A DNA stretch of 64,000 bases, from the IMG/VR virus record IMGVR_UViG_3300032677_000006; one strand, given 5' to 3'. The number at the start of each line of letters is the position of its first letter. Within the stretch, counting starts at the first letter, position 1. The stretch is from a virus. Position numbers and translations under genes: made by a program. The notes beneath the pieces are model-generated. The model was given only the letters and a program-made list of their open reading frames with translations. It was not told the DNA's origin and did no database searches. This document shows, piece by piece, positions 1-9,054 of the stretch.

Positions 1-68
1 CGCAGGTTTTGCTCGGCAGGCGGAAAGGCCGTCAGGTCCAGACCGGCGGGGCTGTAGATGTGAAGCAT
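1..68 (-). CDS. N-terminus of a gene running off the left edge (MLHIYSPAGLDL...)
   Basis: ATG at 68 directly after the portal stop at 70; frame open to the window edge. Confidence 0.5.
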   Translation of the reverse strand, partial: MLHIYSPAGLDLTAFPPAEQNL

Positions 69-69
69 A

Positions 70-2055
70 TCAGCCTACAAATTTGCGATACTTGTCCCAG
101 TTGCCGTTCTCGCTGCCGCCGTCGGTGCCGAGACCGGCCACGGTGGTGGCGGTTTCCGCGAGGGGCGGCGTCGCGCCATCGTCGTCCCATTTGCCGGTAT
201 GCTTGCCGTCGACCATGGCCTGGATGGTGCCGGTGTAATCCCCTTTTTCACCGGCGGATTCTTTGACGGAATTCTTGGGCCGTCGGAACGAAAACGGGTG
301 GCGGCCAAAGCTGGACACGACCACGTCGTTTTCCTGCATGGGCGCGCGGGTCAGCACCTCCTGCCTGGTCCACTTGCGGGGCTTCGGTTCCTGGGCGGCG
401 GTGCGGTCGCCACTGACGATCTCGCGCAGCTGGCGCATGCTCTCCAGGCCGCCGGGCATGTTCTTGATCGAATCGTGAATCTGGTTGAGCAGCTTGGCCG
501 TAGTCGGTGCGGGCTTGCGCTGGAGGCTCTCCTCCTGCTCCTGGTCTACCTCCTTGGGCAGCGCCGTCAGGAACACGTTGACCACCTCGTCGGGCAGGTG
601 CATGTACCGCTTGAACACAGTCTCGATCCAGGCTTCCTTCGGCAAATTGTACTGCTCCATCACGTCGCCGAGCTTGGCCATCACGTCAGCCTGCATGGAG
701 AGCATCTCCATCTTCATCTGCTCCTCCAGGGAGCCGATGGGCGGCATCATCGCCTTGATGTCCAGCTCCTCCACGTTTTTGCCCTTGAGCACGGCGTGGA
801 AGTACGCCAGCCACTGGTACGACGCGGTGATCGGGCGGCGGATGGACTTGATCTTGCGCAGGAACCGGATGTCCTGGGCCAGCAGGGCCTTGCCCGACGG
901 AAAGTTTTCGCCGTCGCCCTGGCCGCCAAACCACGCCTTGGGCATGCCGATGATCGAGTAAAACAAGTCCGTCAACAACTCAATGTCGTAGACATCCGGC
1001 ACGTCCGGCGTACCGGGCAGCTTGGTGATGACGTTGTTGAAGCCCTTGGGCTGGGCCAGGTAAATGATCGTGTCCAGCGCCAGCGCGTTGTAGTAGCTGG
1101 TGAAGTCCGCCGCGCTGCTCAACTCGCCCGGGGTGCCTGCCGAGCCGAAGGCCAGCTTGCTGCGCAGCGCCTGCCGCCAGCGTTGCACCGTCTTCATCTG
1201 CTCGATGGGCGGCTGCTCCTGGACGTCGATGCTGATGGCGTACCGGTCCGGCTGGACCTGGGCGCGGCAGACGACCATCTGGTCGACGGCCATGCGTAGT
1301 TTCTTGTAGATGCCGTCGGCCTCGGCGAAAATCGGCTCGCCGTGCTCGCTGATGCGCATGCGGAACATGCGCCGGAAGTGCATAAAGTCCCAGGGATAGT
1401 AGAGGTCCTCGGTGTACTGCCCGGAGGCCAGGCTGACCCGCTCAACGGGCGTCCGGTTGTCGGGCATGACGAATACGTCCTCCTTGTTGGGCTTGTGGTT
1501 GAGCCAGCGGAACCCGATGCACTTGCGGTTGCGCTCCAGCCAGTACCGGCGCATGTCCATGGGGTGGACGAAGCTCATGCCCATCACGCCCTCCTGGGGC
1601 GCGTACTCCAGCTTTTCAAAGTGATTGCCGAGGCTGGCCACGTGCCAGACCTGGGACGGCAGGATGTGCTCCACCTCCAGGCGGACCAGCAGGTCGTTCA
1701 GCTCCTCCTCGAAGGCGGAATCGTTGCACTGGTACCACAGCGTGCCCGGGGAGCTGGAGTCAGCCTGGGTCGCTTCGTCTACAATTTCCACCAGGGCGGC
1801 GGCCAGCAAGTCCCACTGGCTCATTTCGTCCCACAGCTGAAGCATCGCCTCGAACGTGGTCGGGCGCTTCATCACGCTGTTGAATTTGGTCCAGATGTCC
1901 GGGTCCGCGATCTGACCGGCCTGCTGGAACTCGCTCCAGAGCCGCTGGTCGGCGTCCGGGGTTTGGGCGCGCGGGACCAAGGAGCCGGTCCGCACCCCGC
2001 TGGTGCCGATCAGGCCCATGTATTTCAGCAACCCGCTGGTTTGTGTGTTCGCCAT
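70..2055 (-). CDS. Portal protein, T4 gp20-like
   Basis: Motifs 'AALVEIVDEATQ', 'HFRR...HGEPIF...YKKLRMAVDQMVVCR', 'ITKLPG', 'LAQDIRFLRKI' typical of T4-type portals. Start placed at ATG 2055, 5 nt after a GTAGTTA motif; the ORF track extends to 2094. Confidence 0.88.
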   Translation of the reverse strand: MANTQTSGLLKYMGLIGTSGVRTGSLVPRAQTPDADQRLWSEFQQAGQIADPDIWTKFNSVMKRPTTFEAMLQLWDEMSQWDLLAAALVEIVDEATQADSSSPGTLWYQCNDSAFEEELNDLLVRLEVEHILPSQVWHVASLGNHFEKLEYAPQEGVMGMSFVHPMDMRRYWLERNRKCIGFRWLNHKPNKEDVFVMPDNRTPVERVSLASGQYTEDLYYPWDFMHFRRMFRMRISEHGEPIFAEADGIYKKLRMAVDQMVVCRAQVQPDRYAISIDVQEQPPIEQMKTVQRWRQALRSKLAFGSAGTPGELSSAADFTSYYNALALDTIIYLAQPKGFNNVITKLPGTPDVPDVYDIELLTDLFYSIIGMPKAWFGGQGDGENFPSGKALLAQDIRFLRKIKSIRRPITASYQWLAYFHAVLKGKNVEELDIKAMMPPIGSLEEQMKMEMLSMQADVMAKLGDVMEQYNLPKEAWIETVFKRYMHLPDEVVNVFLTALPKEVDQEQEESLQRKPAPTTAKLLNQIHDSIKNMPGGLESMRQLREIVSGDRTAAQEPKPRKWTRQEVLTRAPMQENDVVVSSFGRHPFSFRRPKNSVKESAGEKGDYTGTIQAMVDGKHTGKWDDDGATPPLAETATTVAGLGTDGGSENGNWDKYRKFVG

Positions 2056-2124
2056 AGTCTTAACTACAGAAAAAGAACAAATTTCTCTGTCCAAGGCGCG
2101 CGCGATCCTGTTCTCTGTAGACGT

Positions 2125-2358
2125 ATGAAGAAAAAGAAAGTCCTTTTGAAATCAAACGTCATCAGCTTCCGCCTGACTACCGCCCAGAAAAAGAAACTGG
2201 AGGAGGTCTTCAAGCGCCAGCCGGTGTCGTACGTTAAGAGTGAAAAGAGCCTGTGCCGCAAGTGGGTCTGTGACTTCCTTGAGGGACGGCTCAAATTCGC
2301 CAATCCCAAGCACGCCCTGGTGGACCTGGACATTCACGCCGAAACCAGCGCAAGCTAG
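2125..2358 (+). CDS. Small basic ribbon-helix-helix-like DNA-binding protein
   Basis: MKKKKVLLKSNVISFRLTTAQKKKLEEVF...SLCRKWVCDFL: alternating strand followed by two helices; ATG follows a GTTCT motif. Confidence 0.55.
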   Translation: MKKKKVLLKSNVISFRLTTAQKKKLEEVFKRQPVSYVKSEKSLCRKWVCDFLEGRLKFANPKHALVDLDIHAETSAS

Positions 2359-2663
2359 TCTACGCGGCAGGCTTTCCCGGTTCGGGGGTCCAGCGTAAAG
2401 CGCACGTCCACCGGGAAAGTCTCCGCCGACTCGTGATCGCAGCAGCGACACGAGATGCGACAGTGCAGCCGGTCCGACTCCAGGCTCTCCACCAGCACCA
2501 GCGCCGGATCAAGCGGCTCCGCCTGCTCCTGGCAAAAGGTGCGCACCGAAGAGGCCAGGCGGCCTGTGCGGCAATTTTCCGTGGCCCAGGCCAAGGTAGC
2601 GGGCAGCTTGCTGGACTCGTCCGGCACGAAGGTTCCCGCCACTTTTTTAGCCAGCAGCGACAT
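2355..2663 (-). CDS. Hypothetical protein (102 aa)
   Basis: Start overlaps the stop of the upstream same-strand gene at 2663. Confidence 0.55.
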   Translation of the reverse strand: MSLLAKKVAGTFVPDESSKLPATLAWATENCRTGRLASSVRTFCQEQAEPLDPALVLVESLESDRLHCRISCRCCDHESAETFPVDVRFTLDPRTGKACRVD

Positions 2664-3031
2664 CAGTTGGAGTAGTCGTAAGCGCTGCCCGGCAGGTCCT
2701 GCGGTGATACTTCCACCTCCAGGCCGGTGCGCGCCTGCCCGTTTTTGACGTATTTCAGCAGCCGGTAGCCTTTGAAGTAGTCCACCGACAGGAGCTTTTC
2801 CAGCTCCGGGATGATCTCCTTGGGCAGCTTCAGGAAATCGAACTGAATCTTGACCTTGCCTTCCGGCCCGGGATCGCCCACGGAAAAGTCAACCAGGTGC
2901 GCCAGCAGAGAGGGAACCGACTGAATCTGAAGCAGCATGCGCGTCCCCAGAACACCGACTTTCTTGTCGAGTTTTCCGGTCTTTTGGGGCAAATCTTCAA
3001 TTAGCAGCCGTGCCAGTTGTGCTTCGTTCAT
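2663..3031 (-). CDS. Hypothetical protein with N-terminal 'QLARLLIE' tag
   Basis: GTATTTA motif 7 nt upstream; protein-like composition. Confidence 0.65.
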   Translation of the reverse strand: MNEAQLARLLIEDLPQKTGKLDKKVGVLGTRMLLQIQSVPSLLAHLVDFSVGDPGPEGKVKIQFDFLKLPKEIIPELEKLLSVDYFKGYRLLKYVKNGQARTGLEVEVSPQDLPGSAYDYSN

Positions 3032-3200
3032 TCCAGCCTAAATACACGGTATCCTGTCGAAAGTGGCTCCGCCAGGCGCGCGTAACCAGGCCGCGCAGCC
3101 AGACTGGCGGCAACTTCGTAGCCAAGGGCATCCAGGGGCGGTCCACTGTGGACACCCGACAGACCTCTTTACCGTTTACCGACAGGGCGTACAGTGTCAT
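2997..3200 (-). CDS. Hypothetical protein (67 aa)
   Basis: ORF with AT-rich leader; overlaps the downstream gene by 35 nt. Confidence 0.4.
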   Translation of the reverse strand: MTLYALSVNGKEVCRVSTVDRPWMPLATKLPPVWLRGLVTRAWRSHFRQDTVYLGWNERSTTGTAAN

Positions 3201-3302
3201 AGATTAACCATCACGCGAATAAGAACCAAACTGCGTAAAAGCCTGAAATGCCGCTCCGCCGGTTGATTTTCAATCAAACCTTGCCGCCACGTTCTTAGTC
3301 CC

Positions 3303-4328
3303 ATGCGCCTACTTGTTTACGCTGACCTGCAAGCCACCGACGGTTCCGACCTGTGCTACACCCAGCCGGACACGCCGCTGCAACACTACCGGATCGAGCG
3401 GTTCTACCGCGACCTGGTACGTGTCTACAAAGAGCACAAATGCGACGGGGTGGTCGATCTGGGCGACACCACCGACGACCGGTCCTCCCTGCCGGTGCCC
3501 ACCCTGGACGTGCTGTGCGCCGGTCTGGCCCAGCTGCCGAACGAGACCAACTACGCCTACAACTACAAGCTGATCGGCAACCACGAGCAGTTCATGCGAG
3601 ACACTACCATCAGCGTCTGGCGGCTGTTTGCCCCCTACTTCAACGTCACCCAGGACCGGGAAATCCTGACCGTCAACGGCTGCAAGCTCTTCTTTTGCTC
3701 CTACCCGGCGGACCACAAGGAGCTGGCCGCCTGGATCGCCGCCGAGTCCAGCAAGCATCGCGGACGCAAAATCCTGTTCGGCCATTTCCAGGTCAAGGGA
3801 GCCAAGCTGAACAACACGGAGGCGGCCACTGGCATCCCCAAGGACGCACTCACTGGCTTTGACTTGGTGCTGCTGGGCCACATCCACCAGCCCCAGAGCC
3901 TGACGGACCGGATACACTACGTCGGCAGCCCCTTTGAGCAGGACTGGGGCGAGCGCGGCCAGGCCAAGCGCTTGGCGATTGTAGACACCAAGGACTTCAG
4001 CGTCGAGTGGGTGCCTCTGCTCGGCTACCCGGAATACCGGGAAGTGACGCTCAAGCAGTTCCAGGCCCTGACGAGCACGCTGGACGAGCACCGCTACCGG
4101 GTCAACCTGACCTCGCACGAGGAGGCGGAGCAGTTTTTCGCCCACCCGGCTTTCAGTCGCGGCCTTGGCGTCTACAATTACGACACCCAGTCCGTGGAGC
4201 AGGTCGAAGAAAAGGACTGGAGCTTCGACGGCGTCCTGCGCCGCTATCTGGAGCTGGTCCCGGCGGAGGGTGTCGACCTGCCTGCGGACGAGCTGCTGGC
4301 CATGGGAAAGCTGCTGGCTGACATCTAA
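3303..4328 (+). CDS. Mre11/SbcD-like metallophosphoesterase (T4 gp47-like recombination nuclease)
   Basis: DLQ, LGDTTD, GNHE, GHF, LGHIH, YVGSP motifs. Confidence 0.9.
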   Translation: MRLLVYADLQATDGSDLCYTQPDTPLQHYRIERFYRDLVRVYKEHKCDGVVDLGDTTDDRSSLPVPTLDVLCAGLAQLPNETNYAYNYKLIGNHEQFMRDTTISVWRLFAPYFNVTQDREILTVNGCKLFFCSYPADHKELAAWIAAESSKHRGRKILFGHFQVKGAKLNNTEAATGIPKDALTGFDLVLLGHIHQPQSLTDRIHYVGSPFEQDWGERGQAKRLAIVDTKDFSVEWVPLLGYPEYREVTLKQFQALTSTLDEHRYRVNLTSHEEAEQFFAHPAFSRGLGVYNYDTQSVEQVEEKDWSFDGVLRRYLELVPAEGVDLPADELLAMGKLLADI

Positions 4329-4459
4329 GCAAATTGCACTTCAATTTTAATAGCCGCAGTGGGGAGGACACAGGTGGTTATGGTGTGCAAATAAAGGCGC
4401 AATCCTCGCTGTAGCTAGGCTGAGCCTGAAACAATAACCAACAACCATAGGAAATAATT

Positions 4460-5020
4460 GTGAATCAAGTAAGCTCTGTCCCCTTCGGCACGGACGCCAC
4501 CCAGTTCCAGGGGTACGCCGAGTCGGCTAACGACCGTTTGGGCGCGATTGACTTCGTGTTCGAGAACACCGGTCCCAACTACGCGGTGATCCGCTTGGCC
4601 CAGTACGACGGCAAAACGTCGCCCTCCGGCTTCGCGACCATCGACACCACGTACGTCTCCAGCTCGGCGGGCGTGAACTACTCCCCGAACGCCTCCCAGC
4701 AGAACTTCCAAGGCTTCGTGGTGGCTCCCGGTGGCACAACCACCCGCCACTACGCGTTGCTGAACAAGCGCGTCTGCTTCTTCGGCTCCGGCAACACCAC
4801 GGTCAACATCTCCGCCGTGCTCCGCAACAAGAGCGATTTGCGCGGGGCGCAGATCGACATCGTCGCGGTGGGCCGTCGGAGCTGGGGCTACGATGACGGC
4901 TGGAATCGCAACGAACTGATCAAGAAGTGGGGTGGCTTTGCGGCCAACGTGTTGCCCAACACGGCGACGACCACGCAAGCCGGTTCCGGCCTGCTCGATC
5001 CGACCACGCCCACGCTCTAA
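4460..5020 (+). CDS. Putative virion beta-sandwich protein
   Basis: A/C-rich leader, strongly biased codons, own terminator; shares an 'FENxGxN' motif with 24490-24843 and 33142-33615. Confidence 0.6.
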   Translation: MNQVSSVPFGTDATQFQGYAESANDRLGAIDFVFENTGPNYAVIRLAQYDGKTSPSGFATIDTTYVSSSAGVNYSPNASQQNFQGFVVAPGGTTTRHYALLNKRVCFFGSGNTTVNISAVLRNKSDLRGAQIDIVAVGRRSWGYDDGWNRNELIKKWGGFAANVLPNTATTTQAGSGLLDPTTPTL

Positions 5021-5041
5021 TTTGGTCTAGCCTCTGACATG

Positions 5042-5068
5042 GGCGCTCCCGCAAGGGAGCGCCTTTTT
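5042..5068 (+). terminator. Intrinsic terminator
   Basis: GGCGCTCCC-GCAA-GGGAGCGCC-TTTTT directly after gene 4460-5020. Confidence 0.9.
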
Positions 5069-5072
5069 GTTG

Positions 5073-8000
5073 TCAGTCCGGGCTGATTGCCTCCGCTGTC
5101 ACCGCCGACGCGGACACCACGTTGTACGCCAGACCATAGTCCGGTGCCACGTAGCTGTACTGCGTGCCGTTCACGACCACCGAGTCCGACGTATTCTCCG
5201 CCGAGATCAACTGGCCCGCGCTGCTGCTGTAGCGACTCGGGCTGTGGCCAAAGCCGCCACTCAGCACGGTATACGCATTCCGGGTCGTGTCGGTGATGGC
5301 CGCCTGCATGGCCACGCCCGCGCTGTTCAGGGTGTGGTACTGTGTGTACAAAGTCGCGGGCACGCTGCCGCTGTAGCTGAACCAAGCGTCCATCTCGCCG
5401 TGCGCGCCGGTCGCGGACCTGCCGGTGTAAAAGTTGAACTGCACCCGCCCGCTCAGCAGCTGCCCGGCATACGCCGTCACGTTCGGCGGCATCGGCAGCC
5501 CAAAGTCGCCCGTGCCGGACATGGCCACCAGCAGGTATTCCGTGCCCTGGCTGACCACGGTCACCAGGCCGTCCGGATTTAGCAGCCCGGAGACTGGCTC
5601 GGTGGCGGGCAGGCTGTCGTAAAACGCGTAGGAAGCCTGCTCCGTATAGCCGCAAAATCCCAGGGCTTTCAGCGCGCTGGCAGAGGGCAGCCGGTAGATC
5701 ACCGAAGCATAGAGGCGCGGCAGCGTGATCTGCGGCGTCCAGCTTACGTCCACCGGCATGCCTCGGAACTGTCCAGTCATGCCGTTCTGGTCGGACAGCA
5801 CCAAGCTCACGGTATCGCTGGGAAACAAGGGCAAAACCTTGACCGTCGACACACCCAAGTTGTGGCTGATTTCGGTTCCGTTGTGGTCCACCACCAGCTC
5901 TTTGTAGACGCCCGGCAGTCCGACGTTTACGGCCATAGTGACCGTGCCGGTGGAGGTAAAAAGGTATGTCTCGTCCCCGTTGAAAACCGCCGTGGCCGAC
6001 CCAGCGGTCGCACCGACCAGGCCCTCGTCCAGCGCCGAGGCCGCCACGCCATACACCGGCAAGCCGACATCCAGGTGCGGGAAGCTGACTGAGACCGGCA
6101 CTCCGGTTTCCGCGTCGCGGTAGAGGTAGGTTGAACCCTGCGTCGTGCCGCTGTAGGCCGCGCCGTAACAATTCAGGCTGGGAGTCACGCTGCCTGCGCT
6201 GACCACCAGCTCGTAGCTGGACGGAAGCAAAGTGCCGGTGTAGCTGTAGTACCGATTGTTGTACTCCACCGCCGCGTGCGGGGACGAGCTGGGCGGATAA
6301 ATCACCAGCATCTGGGTGGGCGCAGGCTGGTACTCCAGGTCCGCTCCAGACTCGCTGGGATTGGGCACCGGGACCACCGGGCACTCCGTGTAGAGATACG
6401 GTGTTCCACATGGAACGCTGTTTGGGTACGCCACCAGCGCCGGACCGGTGCCGCTGTATTCGGAAAGGAACGACGACAGCCGGTAGCAGGAGTACGGCTG
6501 GGTGCCGTACGAGACGTAGGGCGCAGGAAAGCCCAGCGGCTGGATCAGCTGCACCGGCGCGCCCGCGCCATAGACCGGGGCGTAACAGTACAGCCCTTGC
6601 GGTCCGCACGCCGGGTCCTGGCAGCCTGTGACGACCACCACCGGCCCGCTCTGTCCGTCTACGAAGATAGGCACCGGCACCGGATTAGAATAGCAGGCTC
6701 CGTCAAAGGCGACGGTAGGATGGTAGGCCGTGGAGTACAAGGACGTGGCGCTGGTCACCGGCACCGGCACGGGCGACGGCAGCGCGGTTTGCACCGCCCC
6801 GGACTCGGACACGGCAAAGTCAATGACCACCCCCGTTTCGTCGAACTGGTAGTCGCTCAAGTTCACCGGGATCACCAGCGCCTGGGCAAACGTGGACGCG
6901 GTGTTCGCATACACCGTCACCGGCACCGTGCCGCTGAAGGTCGCGCTGGCGCTGGAGCCGGTTTTCCACACGGTGACAGTGACCACCGACCCGGCGTACA
7001 GCGCCCCGTCCACCAGGTAAACCACCAGACTGCCGTACAGACGCTTGACCCGGTTGCAGATAAGCGGGTAGCCGTCATAAGTCAGCAGCGAAAAATAGGC
7101 TGGCCGGATGCCTTCAATGCCTGCCACGGCCTTGGCGTATACATTCGGCTGGCCGTACGCCTCATAAATCGCGTAGTTGTTGCTGTCTGTGAAGAAAGTG
7201 TTCGTGTAATACGGCGTCGAGTTGGGGCTGCCTGCAACGTCCAGCGTCATCAGCGGAATGTTGGTGGTCAGCGGCGTCGAGTAGGAAATGATCGCATCGC
7301 CTGTGCCCAGCCGGTTTTTACCGTAGTTCACGTCCAGCTGCAAATCGGCGTTGGTGAACAGGGCCGCCAACCGGCGTGCCCGCAGCCCGGACCCGCCGGG
7401 ATAAGCGCTGTAGGGGCACCTGGTATACTGGTAAATGTTTGCCACTTGCCGGTAGCAGCTCAGGCGCACCCGAAAGTTAAACGCCAGCCAGCTGGCCGAC
7501 CCGGCGTCCGTGGCCCGGGGCAGCCAGGCGTCCACCGTGGACTGGACGCGGTAATCGGCGGGCGCGGGCACGGGCGGCATGCCGATGCCGTAATCGTAGC
7601 CGACATCCTCGCCTTGCAAGCCCGCCGGGAAGCCCAGCAGCGCCCAGTTGGCCGCCTTGGTCCGGAGCACCACTTCCGGCGGGATCGTGCCGTCCGCCAA
7701 GTTGACCACGGCGGCGGCATAGTGGGTGGTTCCCGGGAGCAAGTACGTGTCCTGGGTGTGCGAAATCAGCTGATAGGGGAAGTAGGTGGCCGTACCTGGA
7801 CCGCCGTTGAATTCGTCGCTGTAAACGTCACCCAGATAGACCAGCGAGGTGCTGGGGGCGGGCAGAGGAACGGCGGAGCGGTTCGTCACGGCTCCGGAGA
7901 CGGTCACGGCGCTGTCAAACGCCAGCACGGTGCCGTCAGAGCAAGTGGCCGTGCCCTGGAGGCGGTACAGCCCGCTTTCCATCGACTGGATGGAGACCCC

Positions 8001-8432
8001 GGGACCGTTGCCGGTCTGCACCTGGGTGTTGTTGAGCAGCAGCGTCCAGGAGAAGGTCCCTGCCGCCTGCCCGGAAGCGCTGGCGGCGACAATGGCCGCC
8101 TCGCCCGGGTCGCCCGGGTCGAAGCTGACCTTGCTCCAGGTCACGCCGACATAGGTGGAACCGACGGTCGAAGCGGCGTTGACGGTAAACACCGCGTTCT
8201 GGTAGCCGAACTCAACCGGCACTGTGACCGTGATCGTGTGCGGCAGCGCCTGTACGGGCGTGAAAACAATCGGGCTGCTGACGCCGGAAGCAAGCGTGGC
8301 GTTGTTGCACAGCACCAACCAGCGCTTCGGAACCACTTGGGCGTTGTTGACGAACGCCTTAAGCTCGTAGCGGTGCTGACAGACCAGGGTGGCAGGCAGG
8401 GGCCTGCTATTATAGCGCAGTTCAATGACCAC
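5073..8432 (-). CDS. Large (1119 aa) beta-rich virion structural protein (baseplate/fibre-like)
   Basis: T/S/G/V/Y-rich, low charge, Ig/PKD-like segments; GTAGTTA motif 4 nt before GTG. Confidence 0.65.
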   Translation of the reverse strand: MVIELRYNSRPLPATLVCQHRYELKAFVNNAQVVPKRWLVLCNNATLASGVSSPIVFTPVQALPHTITVTVPVEFGYQNAVFTVNAASTVGSTYVGVTWSKVSFDPGDPGEAAIVAASASGQAAGTFSWTLLLNNTQVQTGNGPGVSIQSMESGLYRLQGTATCSDGTVLAFDSAVTVSGAVTNRSAVPLPAPSTSLVYLGDVYSDEFNGGPGTATYFPYQLISHTQDTYLLPGTTHYAAAVVNLADGTIPPEVVLRTKAANWALLGFPAGLQGEDVGYDYGIGMPPVPAPADYRVQSTVDAWLPRATDAGSASWLAFNFRVRLSCYRQVANIYQYTRCPYSAYPGGSGLRARRLAALFTNADLQLDVNYGKNRLGTGDAIISYSTPLTTNIPLMTLDVAGSPNSTPYYTNTFFTDSNNYAIYEAYGQPNVYAKAVAGIEGIRPAYFSLLTYDGYPLICNRVKRLYGSLVVYLVDGALYAGSVVTVTVWKTGSSASATFSGTVPVTVYANTASTFAQALVIPVNLSDYQFDETGVVIDFAVSESGAVQTALPSPVPVPVTSATSLYSTAYHPTVAFDGACYSNPVPVPIFVDGQSGPVVVVTGCQDPACGPQGLYCYAPVYGAGAPVQLIQPLGFPAPYVSYGTQPYSCYRLSSFLSEYSGTGPALVAYPNSVPCGTPYLYTECPVVPVPNPSESGADLEYQPAPTQMLVIYPPSSSPHAAVEYNNRYYSYTGTLLPSSYELVVSAGSVTPSLNCYGAAYSGTTQGSTYLYRDAETGVPVSVSFPHLDVGLPVYGVAASALDEGLVGATAGSATAVFNGDETYLFTSTGTVTMAVNVGLPGVYKELVVDHNGTEISHNLGVSTVKVLPLFPSDTVSLVLSDQNGMTGQFRGMPVDVSWTPQITLPRLYASVIYRLPSASALKALGFCGYTEQASYAFYDSLPATEPVSGLLNPDGLVTVVSQGTEYLLVAMSGTGDFGLPMPPNVTAYAGQLLSGRVQFNFYTGRSATGAHGEMDAWFSYSGSVPATLYTQYHTLNSAGVAMQAAITDTTRNAYTVLSGGFGHSPSRYSSSAGQLISAENTSDSVVVNGTQYSYVAPDYGLAYNVVSASAVTAEAISPD
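6402..6417. promoter_or_regulatory. parS-like palindrome inside a CDS
   Basis: TGTTCCACATGGAACG, 14/16 identical to TGTTCCACGTGGAACA. Confidence 0.5.
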
Positions 8433-8439
8433 GCCCTAA

Positions 8440-9054
8440 CTACGGTTCGGCGCTGTCTTTTATGACCTTGCCGTCCAGCCAGTCCTGGTGCGTGTAGCAG
8501 AACTCCTGATTGTTGGAAGTGCCGTCCTTCAGCCGCTCCACGAAGAAAATCGGAGTCAGCTTGCCGAGGTTGGCCACCACTTCGTCGCCCTCCTCCACCG
8601 GCTTGGTCACGGTCGACCCTTTCTTGAGCACCTTGAAGTAGATGAACTCCGGCGTGGACTGGCGCATGACATGTTCCGGCAGGATGATTGGTGAGCCGGA
8701 CTCGCGGAAAAAGTGCTTGAGCAGGACGTAGTCGCCCACCATCTCGAAATTTGGCAGCGTGACCTCGTCGCCGGTCAGCCGACCGATGATGTCGCCCTGG
8801 TGCAGATTCATGTAGTGCCTGCCGTCCAGCACGTACTTCTGCGTGTTCTCCATGACCGAGTTGATCTGGAACATCACGATGTCGCCGGGCTTGACGACCG
8901 ACGTCTTTTTGGGATCGGTGCCCACGGAGACCACTTTGCCCATCCGGTGCGTATCCGCCTGCTGGGCGGCGTCAGGCAGGATGATCTGCGACGAGGAGGA
9001 CTTGGGCCGGTAGTGTTCCACCAGGCAGCGAAAACCAAACATTTTTACATTCAT
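8440..9054 (-). CDS. groES: Co-chaperonin with two tandem GroES domains
   Basis: 'IILPDAAQ...GKVVSVG...VKPGDIVMF' followed by 'GDYVLL...IILPE...VEEGDEVV'. Confidence 0.8.
   Translation of the reverse strand: MNVKMFGFRCLVEHYRPKSSSSQIILPDAAQQADTHRMGKVVSVGTDPKKTSVVKPGDIVMFQINSVMENTQKYVLDGRHYMNLHQGDIIGRLTGDEVTLPNFEMVGDYVLLKHFFRESGSPIILPEHVMRQSTPEFIYFKVLKKGSTVTKPVEEGDEVVANLGKLTPIFFVERLKDGTSNNQEFCYTHQDWLDGKVIKDSAEP

Noticed and set aside
6276-8465. 729-aa plus-strand ORF (also 5017-6609 in another minus frame)
   Set aside because: Antisense or alternate-frame shadow of the 1119-aa gene; Arg/Gly/His-rich composition typical of GC-rich shadows
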